A stretch of 63,794 bases of DNA from Cyclobacteriaceae bacterium (GTDB lineage: Bacteria > Bacteroidota > Bacteroidia > Cytophagales > Cyclobacteriaceae): NCBI GenBank assembly GCA_031384895.1, contig JANNAZ010000248.1, positions 1-63,794 on the forward strand. The letters run 5' to 3'. The notes below the pieces were generated by a model. The model made no database searches. It was given only the letters and a program-made list of their open reading frames with translations, and was not told the DNA's origin. Made by a program: the position numbers and the translations under genes. The stretch's first letter is position 1. Each line of letters begins with the position of its first letter. Positions 1 through 10,342 of the stretch are shown in pieces.

Positions 1-54
1 GGAATAGGAATATTCCTGACCGTCGGCAAGGATGGAGATTCTTTCGCCTTGTGA
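1..54 (+). CDS. possible 3' end of an upstream gene (partial)
   Basis: Frame 1 is open from the window edge (GIGIFLTVGKDGDSFAL) to TGA at 52-54; too short to identify. Confidence 0.3.
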   Translation, partial: GIGIFLTVGKDGDSFAL

Positions 55-88
55 GCGAGCCTGACGGATTACTTCAAGCATTTGCGCT

Positions 89-472
89 TTATATCATTAC
101 CCAAGTGAAGGTATGGCATTTCCCAATGAGAATCGACGAAAAATTTTTGAAGGAATAGAAAAACGCGATGTTCGTCGCGTCTTTTCTGGTGATCCTACTT
201 TGCTGGTGGTTAAGGCGGAGCCGCTGCTTCCTGGAGTGCCACAAAAATCTCCTGCGTATTGAAGTGTCCATATTGTTCGACCGTTTTCCCACCGAGAAGG
301 TTTCCTGATAGTCTGCACGATACGTTGTCCAGTTGCCATTGACATACGCCTCCAGAGATTTCTTCTGGTTTTCTATCTCGGGACCTGTCGACGCAATTGT
401 GACTCTCGATGATTGCTGACAGCCCCAGAACAAGAGCACAACCATGCTCAGGCCTTAAATCTTACTTTTCAT
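89..472 (-). pseudogene. degraded lipoprotein gene, possibly NTF2/SnoaL-like
   Basis: ATG at 472 reads MKSKI*GLSMVVLLFWGC: an in-frame TAA (455-457) inside a signal peptide ending in a lipobox Cys. The downstream part loses protein-like character and is split over two frames (89..445, 97..345). Confidence 0.5.
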
Positions 473-584
473 AGTGGTTTGGTTTGGTTAAGGGTTACAA
501 GGTTTAGTAAAAAAAGGGGGTAATCCGGCGCACCCTTTCTTGGATCGTTCCGAATGTATTGGCATTTCATTACTGCCGCTTTCT

Positions 585-592
585 TACTTTTG
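585..592 (+). promoter_or_regulatory. Bacteroidota sigma-A -7 element (TACTTTTG) for fumC
   Basis: Matches TAnnTTTG, 19 nt before the ATG at 612. Confidence 0.6.
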
Positions 593-611
593 TTATCTAA
601 TCAACCCGACT

Positions 612-1997
612 ATGAGTTACCGAATTGAGAAAGACACCATGGGCGAAGTACAGGTACCCGCCGACAAATACTGGGGAGCGCAGACAGAGCGGTCTCGCAA
701 CAACTTCAAGATCGGACCCGAAGGCAGCATGCCGAAGGAAATTATTTATGCTTTCGCTTACCTGAAGAAGGCAGCAGCTATGGCCAATTGTGAGTTAGGT
801 GTCTTGCCGGCTGACAAAATGCAACTCATCGCAAACGTCTGTGATGAAATTCTAGAAAAGAAACTTGATGACCAGTTTCCGCTTGTTATCTGGCAGACAG
901 GTTCCGGCACACAAAGCAACATGAATACCAACGAAGTCATCGCCTACCGTGCCCATGTCATGCAGGGTGGTAAGCTGACAGACGAAAAAAAAGTACTTCA
1001 TCCCAACGATGACGTAAACAAGTCGCAATCGTCAAACGACACATACCCGACCGCGATGCACATTGCCGCTTACAAACAAGTCATGGAGGTTACGCTGCCT
1101 GGCATGCAGAAACTGCGTGATACCCTCGCCCGAAAGGTTGTTGACTTCAAGAACATTGTGAAAACAGGACGCACGCATTTTATGGATGCCACCCCGCTTA
1201 CACTCGGTCAGGAATTTTCAGGATATGTTCAACAAATTGACAACAGCGTCCGCGCGATCAAGAATGCGTTGGAAGCGGTGAGCGAGTTGGCGTTAGGGGG
1301 CACAGCCGTTGGAACAGGGCTAAATACACCAAAGGGGTATGATGTACTGGTTGCCAAAAAAATTGCAGAGTTAACGGGATATCCATTTGTTACTGCACCC
1401 AATAAGTTTGAAGCCTTGGCTGCGCATGACGCGATGGTTGAATTGTCTGGTGCACTTAAGCGAGCAGCGGTTTCGTTCATGAAAATTGCGAACGACATCC
1501 GAATGCTGAGTTCTGGGCCGCGGTCAGGAATTGGTGAGCTCGTAATCCCTGACAACGAACCCGGGTCGTCTATCATGCCAGGAAAAGTAAATCCTACCCA
1601 ACCGGAGGCCATGACCATGGTTTGCGCCCAGATAATGGGCAATGACGTTGCTGTATCCATCGGCGGATCAATGGGACATTTCGAATTGAATGTCTTCAAA
1701 CCGGTAATCGCCGCAAATGTGTTACAGTCGGGCCGACTGCTTGGCGACGCCTGCATTTCATTTAACGATCGGTGCGCCATGGGGATAGAGCCTAATCTGC
1801 CCATTATAAAGCAGCATATGGAGAATTCCCTCATGCTCGTGACCTCGTTGAACACACATATTGGTTATGAAAACGCGGCTAAAATTGCCAAGAAAGCGCA
1901 CAAGGAAAACAAGACTTTGAGAGAAGCTGCTGTTGAATTGGGGCTTGTCACTTCCGCTCAGTTTGATGAGTGGGTACGCCCAGAAAAAATGGTCTAA
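612..1997 (+). CDS. fumC: class II fumarate hydratase
   Basis: [13 protein letters not shown] start, [12 protein letters not shown], and the [13 protein letters not shown] signature. Start moved from the ORF track's 540 to ATG 612. Confidence 0.98.
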   Translation: MSYRIEKDTMGEVQVPADKYWGAQTERSRNNFKIGPEGSMPKEIIYAFAYLKKAAAMANCELGVLPADKMQLIANVCDEILEKKLDDQFPLVIWQTGSGTQSNMNTNEVIAYRAHVMQGGKLTDEKKVLHPNDDVNKSQSSNDTYPTAMHIAAYKQVMEVTLPGMQKLRDTLARKVVDFKNIVKTGRTHFMDATPLTLGQEFSGYVQQIDNSVRAIKNALEAVSELALGGTAVGTGLNTPKGYDVLVAKKIAELTGYPFVTAPNKFEALAAHDAMVELSGALKRAAVSFMKIANDIRMLSSGPRSGIGELVIPDNEPGSSIMPGKVNPTQPEAMTMVCAQIMGNDVAVSIGGSMGHFELNVFKPVIAANVLQSGRLLGDACISFNDRCAMGIEPNLPIIKQHMENSLMLVTSLNTHIGYENAAKIAKKAHKENKTLREAAVELGLVTSAQFDEWVRPEKMV

Positions 1998-2063
1998 CGG
2001 CTCTCCAGTCTCTAGTTTTGAAGTTTTTTGACTACTTTTAACAATCAATTAACCCCAACGTAC

Positions 2064-2717
2064 ATGAAAACTAACGTGATCATTGTCTGCCTGGCTCTGA
2101 TTTTTTCCAGCTCACAGGTTTTCGCCCAGCTTTCCAAAGCGGAGAAAAAAGAGTGGAAGAAGAAAGCCAAACAATACGCTAAGAGCCCGGCTACCCTGAA
2201 AGAGATGACAGAGGCTAAACAGACGGCCGACAATCAGGTAACCAAGCTGACAGGCGATATGAAGCAGATGCAATCAACGCTGAGCGACAAAAATTCAAAA
2301 ATCGCGGAACTGGAAGATCAGATCTCCAAAATGCGCAGTGAGTTGACATCTGCCAATGCCGAGCTGTCCAATCTAAGAGCTAATCCGGTCATTAACCCGA
2401 TGGATTTTTCCAAGGGAGTTGTCTTCAAAGTTCAGGTTGGAGCTTTCAAGAATAAGGACTTGTCAAAGTACTTTGACAACAACCCAAATTTTGGTGGCGA
2501 AGCAGCGGGTAAAGATGCAGCCGATCCACAGCGGATTACCATTGGGATCTTCCGTGATTACTGGGAGGCAGATACATTCAAGAAGTATATGCGTGATATG
2601 GGGGTTAAGGATGCTTGGATCGTTCCTTACCGCGATGGTCAGCGGGTAGAGATCAAAGATGTTCTGGAAGGTGTCGTATTCGACAAGAACGGCGAGCCAA
2701 AGAAGCCGAAGAAATAG
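2064..2717 (+). CDS. secreted coiled-coil protein with C-terminal SPOR-like domain
   Basis: Signal peptide MKTNVIIVCLALIFSSSQVFA, a heptad-rich middle, and a C-terminal FKVQVGAF...GVKDAWIV SPOR-like pattern. Confidence 0.75.
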   Translation: MKTNVIIVCLALIFSSSQVFAQLSKAEKKEWKKKAKQYAKSPATLKEMTEAKQTADNQVTKLTGDMKQMQSTLSDKNSKIAELEDQISKMRSELTSANAELSNLRANPVINPMDFSKGVVFKVQVGAFKNKDLSKYFDNNPNFGGEAAGKDAADPQRITIGIFRDYWEADTFKKYMRDMGVKDAWIVPYRDGQRVEIKDVLEGVVFDKNGEPKKPKK

Positions 2718-2736
2718 TCACATAAAAGAGACTTTT

Positions 2737-2768
2737 AAAGCAGTGCATTGACCGTGCACTGCTTTTTT
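2737..2768 (+). terminator. intrinsic terminator
   Basis: AAAGCAGTGCA-ttgaccg-TGCACTGCTTT 11-bp stem running into a T tract, 20 nt after the stop codon. Confidence 0.85.
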
Positions 2769-2775
2769 GTTTTCA

Positions 2776-2783
2776 TACTTTTG
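2776..2783 (+). promoter_or_regulatory. -7 element TACTTTTG (probable leaderless transcript)
   Basis: TAnnTTTG ends 5 nt before ATG 2789. Confidence 0.6.
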
Positions 2784-2788
2784 GTCAT

Positions 2789-3580
2789 ATGATTCGAGTT
2801 GCGGGCATTATACTCCTGATGGGTTGGACTTCCATGGCACTTGGCCAGGTCAGGATCGCCACGCTCGTTCTAAAACCTAAACAGGTTTACGAACTGAAGG
2901 GCAGCGACATCCTTGTAGTGGATACCCTGATCATGATGGATTCATCCGTTCTGGTGCTCAACAAGCTCAAGGGAGAAAACTACATTCATGCGAAGAAAGT
3001 GATATTCTATCGCGGGAGCCTCATCGATGGGAAAGGCATTCACGGTCTGCCCGGACGAAATGGAAGAACAGGACTCTCTTCCTCAAGTCCCTGTTCAAAT
3101 GGCAGTTCGGGAACAAAAGGTACCGATGGCACGAATGGGGCAAATGGAACTAGTCTGTTTCTCTCTTTCACCGATATCGTTCTACGAGGCGTTCCCTCGA
3201 TAGACCTTTCAGGAGGTGATGCTGCGGATGGCGGCAAAGGTGGCGTGGGTGGTGGCGGCGGCTCAGGAACACGACTTTGTGCCGGGGGAAACGGGGGTAC
3301 CGGGGGCGTGGGCTCTAATGGAGGAAATGGGGGAAATGGGGGCGTTATGACTTTCCATGCTATCAGCGTGCCTGAGCTGCGGTCCATGCTTGGTGAGCGT
3401 ATCCTGGTTCATACCTATGGAGGAAATCTCGGCTCGGCCGGCGAAGGGGGCGGAGGCGGTTATGCTGGTCTCAGTCCTACCGGGAAAAATTCACTTGACG
3501 GAAAGCAGGGCAACAAGGGGGCTCGCGGCAAGGATGGTATTGCCGGTAAAACGGGTGCCATAAATGTTCCGAACAAGTGA
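2789..3580 (+). CDS. secreted glycine-rich Gly-x-x repeat (collagen-like) protein
   Basis: Signal peptide; several G-x-x runs (GLPGRNGRTG, GTKGTDGTNGANG, GKQGNKGARGKDGIAGKTG) separated by beta-like segments. Confidence 0.75.
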   Translation: MIRVAGIILLMGWTSMALGQVRIATLVLKPKQVYELKGSDILVVDTLIMMDSSVLVLNKLKGENYIHAKKVIFYRGSLIDGKGIHGLPGRNGRTGLSSSSPCSNGSSGTKGTDGTNGANGTSLFLSFTDIVLRGVPSIDLSGGDAADGGKGGVGGGGGSGTRLCAGGNGGTGGVGSNGGNGGNGGVMTFHAISVPELRSMLGERILVHTYGGNLGSAGEGGGGGYAGLSPTGKNSLDGKQGNKGARGKDGIAGKTGAINVPNK

Positions 3581-5289
3581 CCAGGATGAATCGACGATGG
3601 ATATATAAAACGCTTCCGCAACAATCACAAATTGATTTCCTAAGCGAGAGTATCCATGTCAGCGCCACATTAGCAACGCTGCTGCTCCATCGCGGAGTTC
3701 ATACGTTTGAAGAGGCCAGGAATTTTTTTCGTCCAGCACTTTCCGATCTCCACGATCCTTTTCTGATGAAGGACATGCGGCCTGCTGTTGAACGAATCAA
3801 ACTGGCCATTGATCAAACTGAAAAAATTCTCATCTACGGCGACTATGATGTGGATGGGACAACCGCTGTATCGCTCGCCTTCAGCTACTTAAAAAGCTTT
3901 TACCCACACGTTGCCTATTACATTCCGGACCGAACTGCTGAAGGATACGGCGTATCGAAAGCAGGTATTCTTTGGGCGGAGCAGAATGGGTTCTCACTCA
4001 TTATTGCCCTGGATCTGGGAATAAAGGCCTCCGATATGGTGATGTTGGCCAATCACAAAGGAATTGATTTCATCATTTGTGACCATCACTTGCCCGACAA
4101 CAAGATCCCACAGGCGATTGCCGTTCTTGACCCCAAGCAAAGAGATTGTTTCTATCCATTTAAGGAACTAAGCGGATGCGGCATTGGCTTCAAACTCATA
4201 CAGGCTTTTGCAAGAAGTTATCGCGATGAAAATGAAGTGTTTGACTATCTCGACCTTGTTGTGGTGAGCATTGCTTCCGACATCGTGCCGATCAATGGAG
4301 AGAATCGAATTCTGTCCTACTTTGGGCTCAAAAAGTTAAATCAAAGTCCCCGTCCAGGGCTAAAGGCGCTCAAAGAAATCTCAGGCATCCGAAGTGAGTT
4401 GGATATTTCCGGTGTAGTCTTTACCCTGGGTCCGCGTATCAACGCAGCTGGGCGGGTGGCCCATGCGCACGCTGCGATAGAGTTACTGATCGCTACGACG
4501 GAAGAGGAGGCCAATGCGTTTGCTGGAAAAATAAACCTCAAGAACGACCTGAGACGTGAATTTGACTCCAGCATTACGGAGGAGGCCTTGTCCATGATTT
4601 CTTCAGACGAGAAAAGGCAAAAAGCGAAAACTACGGTTCTTTTCAAAAACACCTGGCACAAAGGAGTTATTGGCATAGTTGCTGCTAGGTGTGTGGAGCG
4701 ATATTACCGCCCTACTGTGATCTTGACTGAAAGCAATGAACGAATAGTTGGATCCGCCCGTAGCGTCAATGGATTTGACCTGTACCGGGCGATCGAGCAA
4801 TGCAGTGACTTACTGGAGAAGTTTGGTGGGCATAAGTATGCAGCAGGGCTTACGCTCGATCCGAAGAATCTGGCCGCCTTTGAGCAGCGCTTCGAGGAAG
4901 TGGTATCTTCTACAATTACAGACGAGATGCTGACACCCGTGATTGAAATTGATATGTCCATTCAATTTGACAGCATTACTCCGAAGTTCTTATCTATTCT
5001 TAAGCAGATGGGCCCGTTTGGCCCCGAGAATCAACGCCCGGTATTTGAGGCAAAAAGCGTTACTGTATTAAACGCCTTGTCTACCTTTAAGGATCGCCAT
5101 GTTCGGTTTTTAGCTGGACAAGCGGGAAATGAATCATTCTTTCAAGCAGTTGGATTCGATCAAATTGAACACCATAAGCAACTAATGGCTGGTTATCCCT
5201 TCTGCATAGCATTTACGATTGAAGAGAATACGTATAATGGAGAAACTAACATTCAGCTGCGGTTGAAAGACATAAAATTTGAAGCCTGA
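3577..5289 (+). CDS. recJ: single-stranded-DNA-specific exonuclease RecJ
   Basis: [19 protein letters not shown] and FGGHKYAAG motifs. GTG start overlaps the upstream stop (alternative ATG 3586). Confidence 0.97.
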   Translation: MTRMNRRWIYKTLPQQSQIDFLSESIHVSATLATLLLHRGVHTFEEARNFFRPALSDLHDPFLMKDMRPAVERIKLAIDQTEKILIYGDYDVDGTTAVSLAFSYLKSFYPHVAYYIPDRTAEGYGVSKAGILWAEQNGFSLIIALDLGIKASDMVMLANHKGIDFIICDHHLPDNKIPQAIAVLDPKQRDCFYPFKELSGCGIGFKLIQAFARSYRDENEVFDYLDLVVVSIASDIVPINGENRILSYFGLKKLNQSPRPGLKALKEISGIRSELDISGVVFTLGPRINAAGRVAHAHAAIELLIATTEEEANAFAGKINLKNDLRREFDSSITEEALSMISSDEKRQKAKTTVLFKNTWHKGVIGIVAARCVERYYRPTVILTESNERIVGSARSVNGFDLYRAIEQCSDLLEKFGGHKYAAGLTLDPKNLAAFEQRFEEVVSSTITDEMLTPVIEIDMSIQFDSITPKFLSILKQMGPFGPENQRPVFEAKSVTVLNALSTFKDRHVRFLAGQAGNESFFQAVGFDQIEHHKQLMAGYPFCIAFTIEENTYNGETNIQLRLKDIKFEA

Positions 5290-6032
5290 TGGTCCTGCGT
5301 GCAGAAAGCCTACTAAAGAAGTACAAGAAACGGACAGTCGTTAACAACGTATCGGTCCGCGTAGAACAAGGAGAAATCGTCGGTCTCCTTGGGCCTAACG
5401 GTGCCGGGAAGACAACTAGTTTTTACATGATTGTAGGGCTGATTAAACCCAACGGAGGCCAAATATTTCTTGACGATCAGAATATCACAGATTTGCCCAT
5501 GTACAAGCGGGCAAAGCTGGGAATTGGATACCTCGCTCAGGAGGCTTCGATATTTCGCGGGCTTACGGTTGAAGAAAATATTCTTGCTCCCCTCGAAATG
5601 CGACAAATGTCAAAAGCCGATCGAAAGGCAAAGGTTGAAAGCCTTCTCGAGGAGTTTAGCCTAACGCATGTGCGAAAAAGCCTGGGGATGGTGCTTTCCG
5701 GCGGGGAGCGAAGGCGAACAGAGATTGCCCGAGCATTGGCCGTCGATCCACACTTTGTCCTTCTTGATGAGCCTTTCGCCGGTGTGGATCCCATTGCGGT
5801 TGAGGAAATTCAATCTATCATCTCCCGGTTGAAAAAGAAAAATATCGGGATACTGATCACTGATCACAACGTAGATGAAACCCTGACTATTACCGATCGG
5901 GCCTATCTGATGGTGGATGGCAAACTGTTCAAGCAGGGCTCGGCGGAAGACCTGGCCAATGACCCGATGGTTCGCAAGGTGTACCTTGGTCAAAATTTTA
6001 GGTTGCGTCAGCGCCGGCCGGCAGAAGACTAA
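5289..6032 (+). CDS. lptB: LPS export ABC transporter ATP-binding protein
   Basis: [36 protein letters not shown] and ITDHNV motifs. Confidence 0.96.
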   Translation: MVLRAESLLKKYKKRTVVNNVSVRVEQGEIVGLLGPNGAGKTTSFYMIVGLIKPNGGQIFLDDQNITDLPMYKRAKLGIGYLAQEASIFRGLTVEENILAPLEMRQMSKADRKAKVESLLEEFSLTHVRKSLGMVLSGGERRRTEIARALAVDPHFVLLDEPFAGVDPIAVEEIQSIISRLKKKNIGILITDHNVDETLTITDRAYLMVDGKLFKQGSAEDLANDPMVRKVYLGQNFRLRQRRPAED

Positions 6033-6472
6033 AGTTTGATTTCGTCCTTGTGATCAATTGGGACGCGTATCGGAAATCCACCAATACTCACTTTGAGCTT
6101 TCCTACAAATTGAATCTTATACCTCTTTCCACCTAGCATACTCAGCAAAGTTCCCAGGAGACCAGAGTCCTTTAGTTGCAGCTTTACTTCCAGTGGGACT
6201 GTAAATTCAGAAGTGCCTTTGATCTTCGCATTCAATTTCTGATCAATGTTTGCGGAGACCTTGCCATCAAGGAGAATGTCCAATTCTATGGCCTTTAGCC
6301 GTAAGGAGCCCTTATTGGGATTGTAAAGTATGGCGTTCGCCTTCAATATCGGATTGCCGTCTTTCCCCGGAGTAAAGTCAACTATTTGGACCTCGCGAAG
6401 AACAACCGGTTCTTTGGGGGCACAGGACCCTATCCCAAAAATCAACAACAAGAAATAGCCAAATCGATGCAT
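6029..6472 (-). CDS. LEA type 2 / WHy-domain lipoprotein
   Basis: Lipobox IGSC; YNPN motif and a beta-sandwich pattern (FTVPLEV). Confidence 0.75.
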   Translation of the reverse strand: MHRFGYFLLLIFGIGSCAPKEPVVLREVQIVDFTPGKDGNPILKANAILYNPNKGSLRLKAIELDILLDGKVSANIDQKLNAKIKGTSEFTVPLEVKLQLKDSGLLGTLLSMLGGKRYKIQFVGKLKVSIGGFPIRVPIDHKDEIKL

Positions 6473-6523
6473 GGAAGATTGTTATCGCACAATGTTACAA
6501 TATTCTACTTTTGTTCCTGCCCT

Positions 6524-7141
6524 ATGTCAAATAACCTGTCGCCCGTCTTCGATCAAATTGCCGACGGTCTGGCCGAAGCGGGGTATGCCACAATCGAAAA
6601 CTTTCTAAGTGCCGCAGAGGCTGACTCCATCCTTCAAGCAGACGAATTCAAGAACGGGAAGTTACATTTCCGAAAGTCGGCCATTGGAAAAGCGGATAAG
6701 CAAATTAACGAAGGGGTTCGTGGCGACTACATTCAGTGGATTGACTCAGGATCTGCATCCTCCGGTGAACGAATGTATCTTCATCGGCTGCAGGAGATGA
6801 TCACACACCTCAACCAAAACCTTTATCTGAGCCTAAAGGGTGTGGAGATCCACCGCACCTTCTATCCCATCGGCACAAGATACCAGCGGCACAGGGATCA
6901 GTTTCAGTCCGATGATCATCGGAAACTCTCCATCATCTGCTATTTAAATCCCGATTGGAAAGTAGAGCAGGGCGGACAACTTCGCATGCATCTTCCCGAA
7001 GGGGTCAGGGATATCCTTCCTGAGCGAGGCACCCTTGTCTGCTTTAGAAGCGACCGCATCGAGCACGAAGTTTTGCCTGCTACGCGAGAACGGTACAGTC
7101 TTACCGGATGGGCAATCGATCGGGATCGCGATATGCGATAG
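6524..7141 (+). CDS. 2OG-Fe(II) oxygenase (prolyl-hydroxylase-like)
   Basis: VRGDYIQW, the HxD motif (HRD), YLNPDW...GGQL and HEVLPATRERYSLTGW. TACTTTTG promoter at 6506-6513 supports ATG 6524. Confidence 0.9.
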   Translation: MSNNLSPVFDQIADGLAEAGYATIENFLSAAEADSILQADEFKNGKLHFRKSAIGKADKQINEGVRGDYIQWIDSGSASSGERMYLHRLQEMITHLNQNLYLSLKGVEIHRTFYPIGTRYQRHRDQFQSDDHRKLSIICYLNPDWKVEQGGQLRMHLPEGVRDILPERGTLVCFRSDRIEHEVLPATRERYSLTGWAIDRDRDMR

Positions 7142-7145
7142 CCGA

Positions 7146-8255
7146 CTACTTAGGGAATTGCTTCTTGTCAAGGCCCGGGAGAAGGCTTAGCGCATTCTTA
7201 TAGTAAATCTTCTTCAGGATATCATCCGGTAAACCAATGCCATACATTCGCCAAAATGCGTGATAGCGCTTGTGATATGGAAAGTAATCATCGGCTGTCT
7301 CCAGTACACGGAAATAAGTTTCGTACTCGTTGGGAACCCAGCTGTCCTTCCCAAAGAGAACACGGTCCTGGTATTTGGTAAGAAACGCATTCGCCGCCCG
7401 AGGCTGTCGGCCCAGCTCTGCAATGACTGCTCCGATCTCTGTATACATATTTGGAAATTGATCCATCAATTGGCTAAGTTTTTTCAGGTCACTGCCAAAC
7501 CAGCCAAGGTGTGCGTTGATAAACTTGGTCTTCGGGTGCTTTCGGAATAGGTTATGCTGTTGTGCAATGACGGACTCCCATGAAATAGAATCTTTATCAT
7601 GGCGGCGACCCGGATGAAGTTTTAGTTCGAGCCACCGCTCATTCAGACTGTCAATGGGCTGCCAAAACTGTTTTGGATCTGCTGAGTGAATCAAGACAGG
7701 TATTCCCAACTCACCACACTTTTTCCACACCGGGTCAATTCGCGGGTCATCAATGGGAATGACCTTACCCGATTTATCTTTCGAGAACAAACCCAGGCTC
7801 TTATATATTTTCAACCCCATGGCTCCGCGGCGCACATCGTCTTCCACTTGTTTGGCAGTGCGAGCGGCCCATTCCGGATTGTCTATATCGGTAAAGTCCA
7901 CGTTAGTGAACAGAACGAACCGGTTCGGGTACTGCTTCTTAATGTTTTCAATGGATTTTTCCAGGTGATCGCCCGAGCTTCGAAATCCCCGGCCGCTCAG
8001 GTTGATCATTGCACCCATGTTGAGCTTGTCCATTTCTTTGACCAGGCCGCTGAGATCAGCCGTGTTCATACCCCCTTGGTGATTGTGAATATCAATAAAT
8101 GGAAATTTTGACCGAGTTAGGTGATGTTCCTCGGAAATCAGGGTAGACGGTGGATTATAGCCCTCAAAGTCCATTTTCATTTTAAGCGGGGCGCCGTCCT
8201 GCGCTAAGGCTTGTACCCCACAAAGGAGGATTCCTACTAACGATAGTGTTTTCAT
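7146..8255 (-). CDS. secreted amidohydrolase family protein
   Basis: Signal peptide from MKTLSLVG; IDIHNH metal motif, VLIHSAD, NAHLG and LFGKD. Confidence 0.88.
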   Translation of the reverse strand: MKTLSLVGILLCGVQALAQDGAPLKMKMDFEGYNPPSTLISEEHHLTRSKFPFIDIHNHQGGMNTADLSGLVKEMDKLNMGAMINLSGRGFRSSGDHLEKSIENIKKQYPNRFVLFTNVDFTDIDNPEWAARTAKQVEDDVRRGAMGLKIYKSLGLFSKDKSGKVIPIDDPRIDPVWKKCGELGIPVLIHSADPKQFWQPIDSLNERWLELKLHPGRRHDKDSISWESVIAQQHNLFRKHPKTKFINAHLGWFGSDLKKLSQLMDQFPNMYTEIGAVIAELGRQPRAANAFLTKYQDRVLFGKDSWVPNEYETYFRVLETADDYFPYHKRYHAFWRMYGIGLPDDILKKIYYKNALSLLPGLDKKQFPK

Positions 8256-8403
8256 AGAATCGGTTGAGGCCTCAAGAAACGGATAATCCAATTGGTTGTT
8301 GGAATGATTTATTCAAACGGCCAGTTACTGGTTCCCACCCGGATTAAACCTCACAAACAAATTCGTGTCAAAGGGATAATTAAGTGCATCGAACTACGTT
8401 ACT

Positions 8404-8535
8404 ATGAAAAAGATCTTCTCCTTTGCCTTGTTCATGGTAATCGTGCTCCTGGCACTCATTGCCCGCAGTACAGCCTCGGCTAAAGCGATGGATAATTCCA
8501 GGATGGGAAGTGTTTATCAAAGATGGTTAGAGTGA
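8404..8535 (+). CDS. unannotated 43-aa peptide with signal peptide
   Basis: MKKIFSFALFMVIVLLALIARSTASAKAMDNSRMGSVYQRWLE*; below the ORF-track length cutoff; lies in a 400-nt intergenic gap. Confidence 0.45.
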   Translation: MKKIFSFALFMVIVLLALIARSTASAKAMDNSRMGSVYQRWLE

Positions 8536-8656
8536 ATAGATGATGGGGTTTAAGGGTGAAAGGGCGGGTGGTTCCGCCCTTTCTGCTTTTGCCAGCAAAG
8601 CGGTCCGCTTTCATTCCTGCTGGATTCTTTTCTAAATTGCCACGCAATCCGTCACC

Positions 8657-9766
8657 ATGAACCGATTTATTTTCACACTGGTTGGGTTTATTTTTGTTAC
8701 CGTTTTCGCGCAATCACAGGACCCGACGGATGGGGCGCGAAAAAAAATGACAGCGAAAGATTTTTCCGGGGCAAAGGCGGATTTATCAAAAATTCTGGAT
8801 GCCTCACCGCGAAACAAGACCGCGCTGAGCCTCCGCGGCCAATGCCGCGTGTCGCTGGGCGATCTATATGGCGGCATCTCCGATTTTACCACCTGGCTGG
8901 AAATCGATTCTCTTTCTTCCGAAGCGTATAATTATCGCGGAGATGCTAAAATCAAACTTGGGGATGATGAAAGTGCACTGGAGGATCTGAACAAGGCCAT
9001 CCGGCTAAATCCCAAATACACGGATGCCTTCACCAACCGTGGCTTTGCCAAGTATAATCTGGAAGACCTACAGGGCTCCTACTTCGATTTCTCCAAGGCC
9101 TTGGAGCTAGGGCCGATAGATGCTGACAAATATTTTAACCGCGGTGTTGTCAAAGCGAAATTGGGAGAATATGTCAGTGCCGTTGATGACTACTCCAAAG
9201 CCATTGAATTGGATAAGAACGACCCGGGCCTATACAATTACAGAGGGGTGGCTTTTTACCAGACAACAAACTTCGACAAGGCTATTGCCGACTATGATCA
9301 GGCTATCAACCTTGATGCGAAAGATCCCCTCAAGTATGAGAACCGCGCGCTGGCAAAAAGCGCGAAAGAAGATTTTAAGGGAGCCTTGAGTGATTACGAC
9401 AAAGCCATCGAACTCAATGCCGAAGACCCGGAAACGCTTAACCTTCGAGGCGTTCTTAAAAACACGATGCTGGATTATGACGGGGCTATTGCTGATTACA
9501 CAAAAGCTATAGAACTAGATGAGACCAATCCGGCGTACTATGACAACCGCGCCTTGAGCAAGACAGAAAAAGAAGATTACGCAGGTGCTATTGCCGATTA
9601 CACATCCTCAGTGGACCTCTACCCAAGTGACCCCGAAACATATTATCAACGTGGATTGGTGAAGGTCAGGATGAAAAACAATTACGATGCTTGCCTTGAC
9701 TTCAAGAAGGCAGACGAGCTGGGATCGCCTGAAGCAAAAGCGGCGATTAAGAAAACCTGCAAATAG
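8657..9766 (+). CDS. secreted tetratricopeptide repeat protein
   Basis: Signal peptide plus about 9-10 tandem 34-aa TPRs (YNYRG...AIADYTKAIELD). Confidence 0.93.
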   Translation: MNRFIFTLVGFIFVTVFAQSQDPTDGARKKMTAKDFSGAKADLSKILDASPRNKTALSLRGQCRVSLGDLYGGISDFTTWLEIDSLSSEAYNYRGDAKIKLGDDESALEDLNKAIRLNPKYTDAFTNRGFAKYNLEDLQGSYFDFSKALELGPIDADKYFNRGVVKAKLGEYVSAVDDYSKAIELDKNDPGLYNYRGVAFYQTTNFDKAIADYDQAINLDAKDPLKYENRALAKSAKEDFKGALSDYDKAIELNAEDPETLNLRGVLKNTMLDYDGAIADYTKAIELDETNPAYYDNRALSKTEKEDYAGAIADYTSSVDLYPSDPETYYQRGLVKVRMKNNYDACLDFKKADELGSPEAKAAIKKTCK

Positions 9767-9768
9767 CG

Positions 9769-10245
9769 CTACTTCTTCACAACAAGGGCCCCCGCAATCA
9801 GGTCGTGCAGTGTCTGTCTCTTTTCCGTGAAGCCAGCCATGATGTATCCGATGGCCATCGTAAAGTTAGAAATCAACTTACACAAGTTGCGCAGGAAAGC
9901 TTTCGTAAAATCTAGTCGCTCACCGTTCATATCGGTTACTTTGATTCCAACGACCATCTTGCCCACTGTAGCCTGGCTCTTGGATGATTCCATAAAAGAG
10001 AAATACAGAATTTGAATGGCCGTTGCCAGTATCCAATAGGCGCCGGCTGCTGCTACAATCCCTGCTATCAGCCCTACCAGATTCCCCGGGTTCTCCATGT
10101 CCATTTCGCTAAATGTCCCGAAAAAACCAAATCCTAATGCCACCAGAAGAGGAATAAAAATAACACTTTCAATGAAGCCGATGATCAGGACATCTATAAT
10201 CAGGGCCACAAGGCGCAACCAGAAGCCGGCATATTGAGTATTCAT
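9769..10245 (-). CDS. RDD family membrane protein
   Basis: YAGFWLRLVALIID, QATVGK and KRQTLHDLIAG motifs. Confidence 0.93.
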   Translation of the reverse strand: MNTQYAGFWLRLVALIIDVLIIGFIESVIFIPLLVALGFGFFGTFSEMDMENPGNLVGLIAGIVAAAGAYWILATAIQILYFSFMESSKSQATVGKMVVGIKVTDMNGERLDFTKAFLRNLCKLISNFTMAIGYIMAGFTEKRQTLHDLIAGALVVKK

Positions 10246-10342
10246 AGGTATGGGGTTTGATTGAATTACAATATAGCGAAACGAACATCCGACCTCAAGT
10301 CGAAAAACAAATCGCTACTTTTGATAAACCCCGTGATTCCAT

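Noticed and set aside
1229-1855. 208-aa antisense ORF inside fumC (similar ones at 22366..22986, 25795..26331 and 43501..44244)
   Set aside because: Shadow frames opposite well-conserved genes, with no recognisable motifs or independent expression signals.
8900-9700. ~102-nt periodic similarity
   Set aside because: Explained by 34-aa TPR coding repeats.
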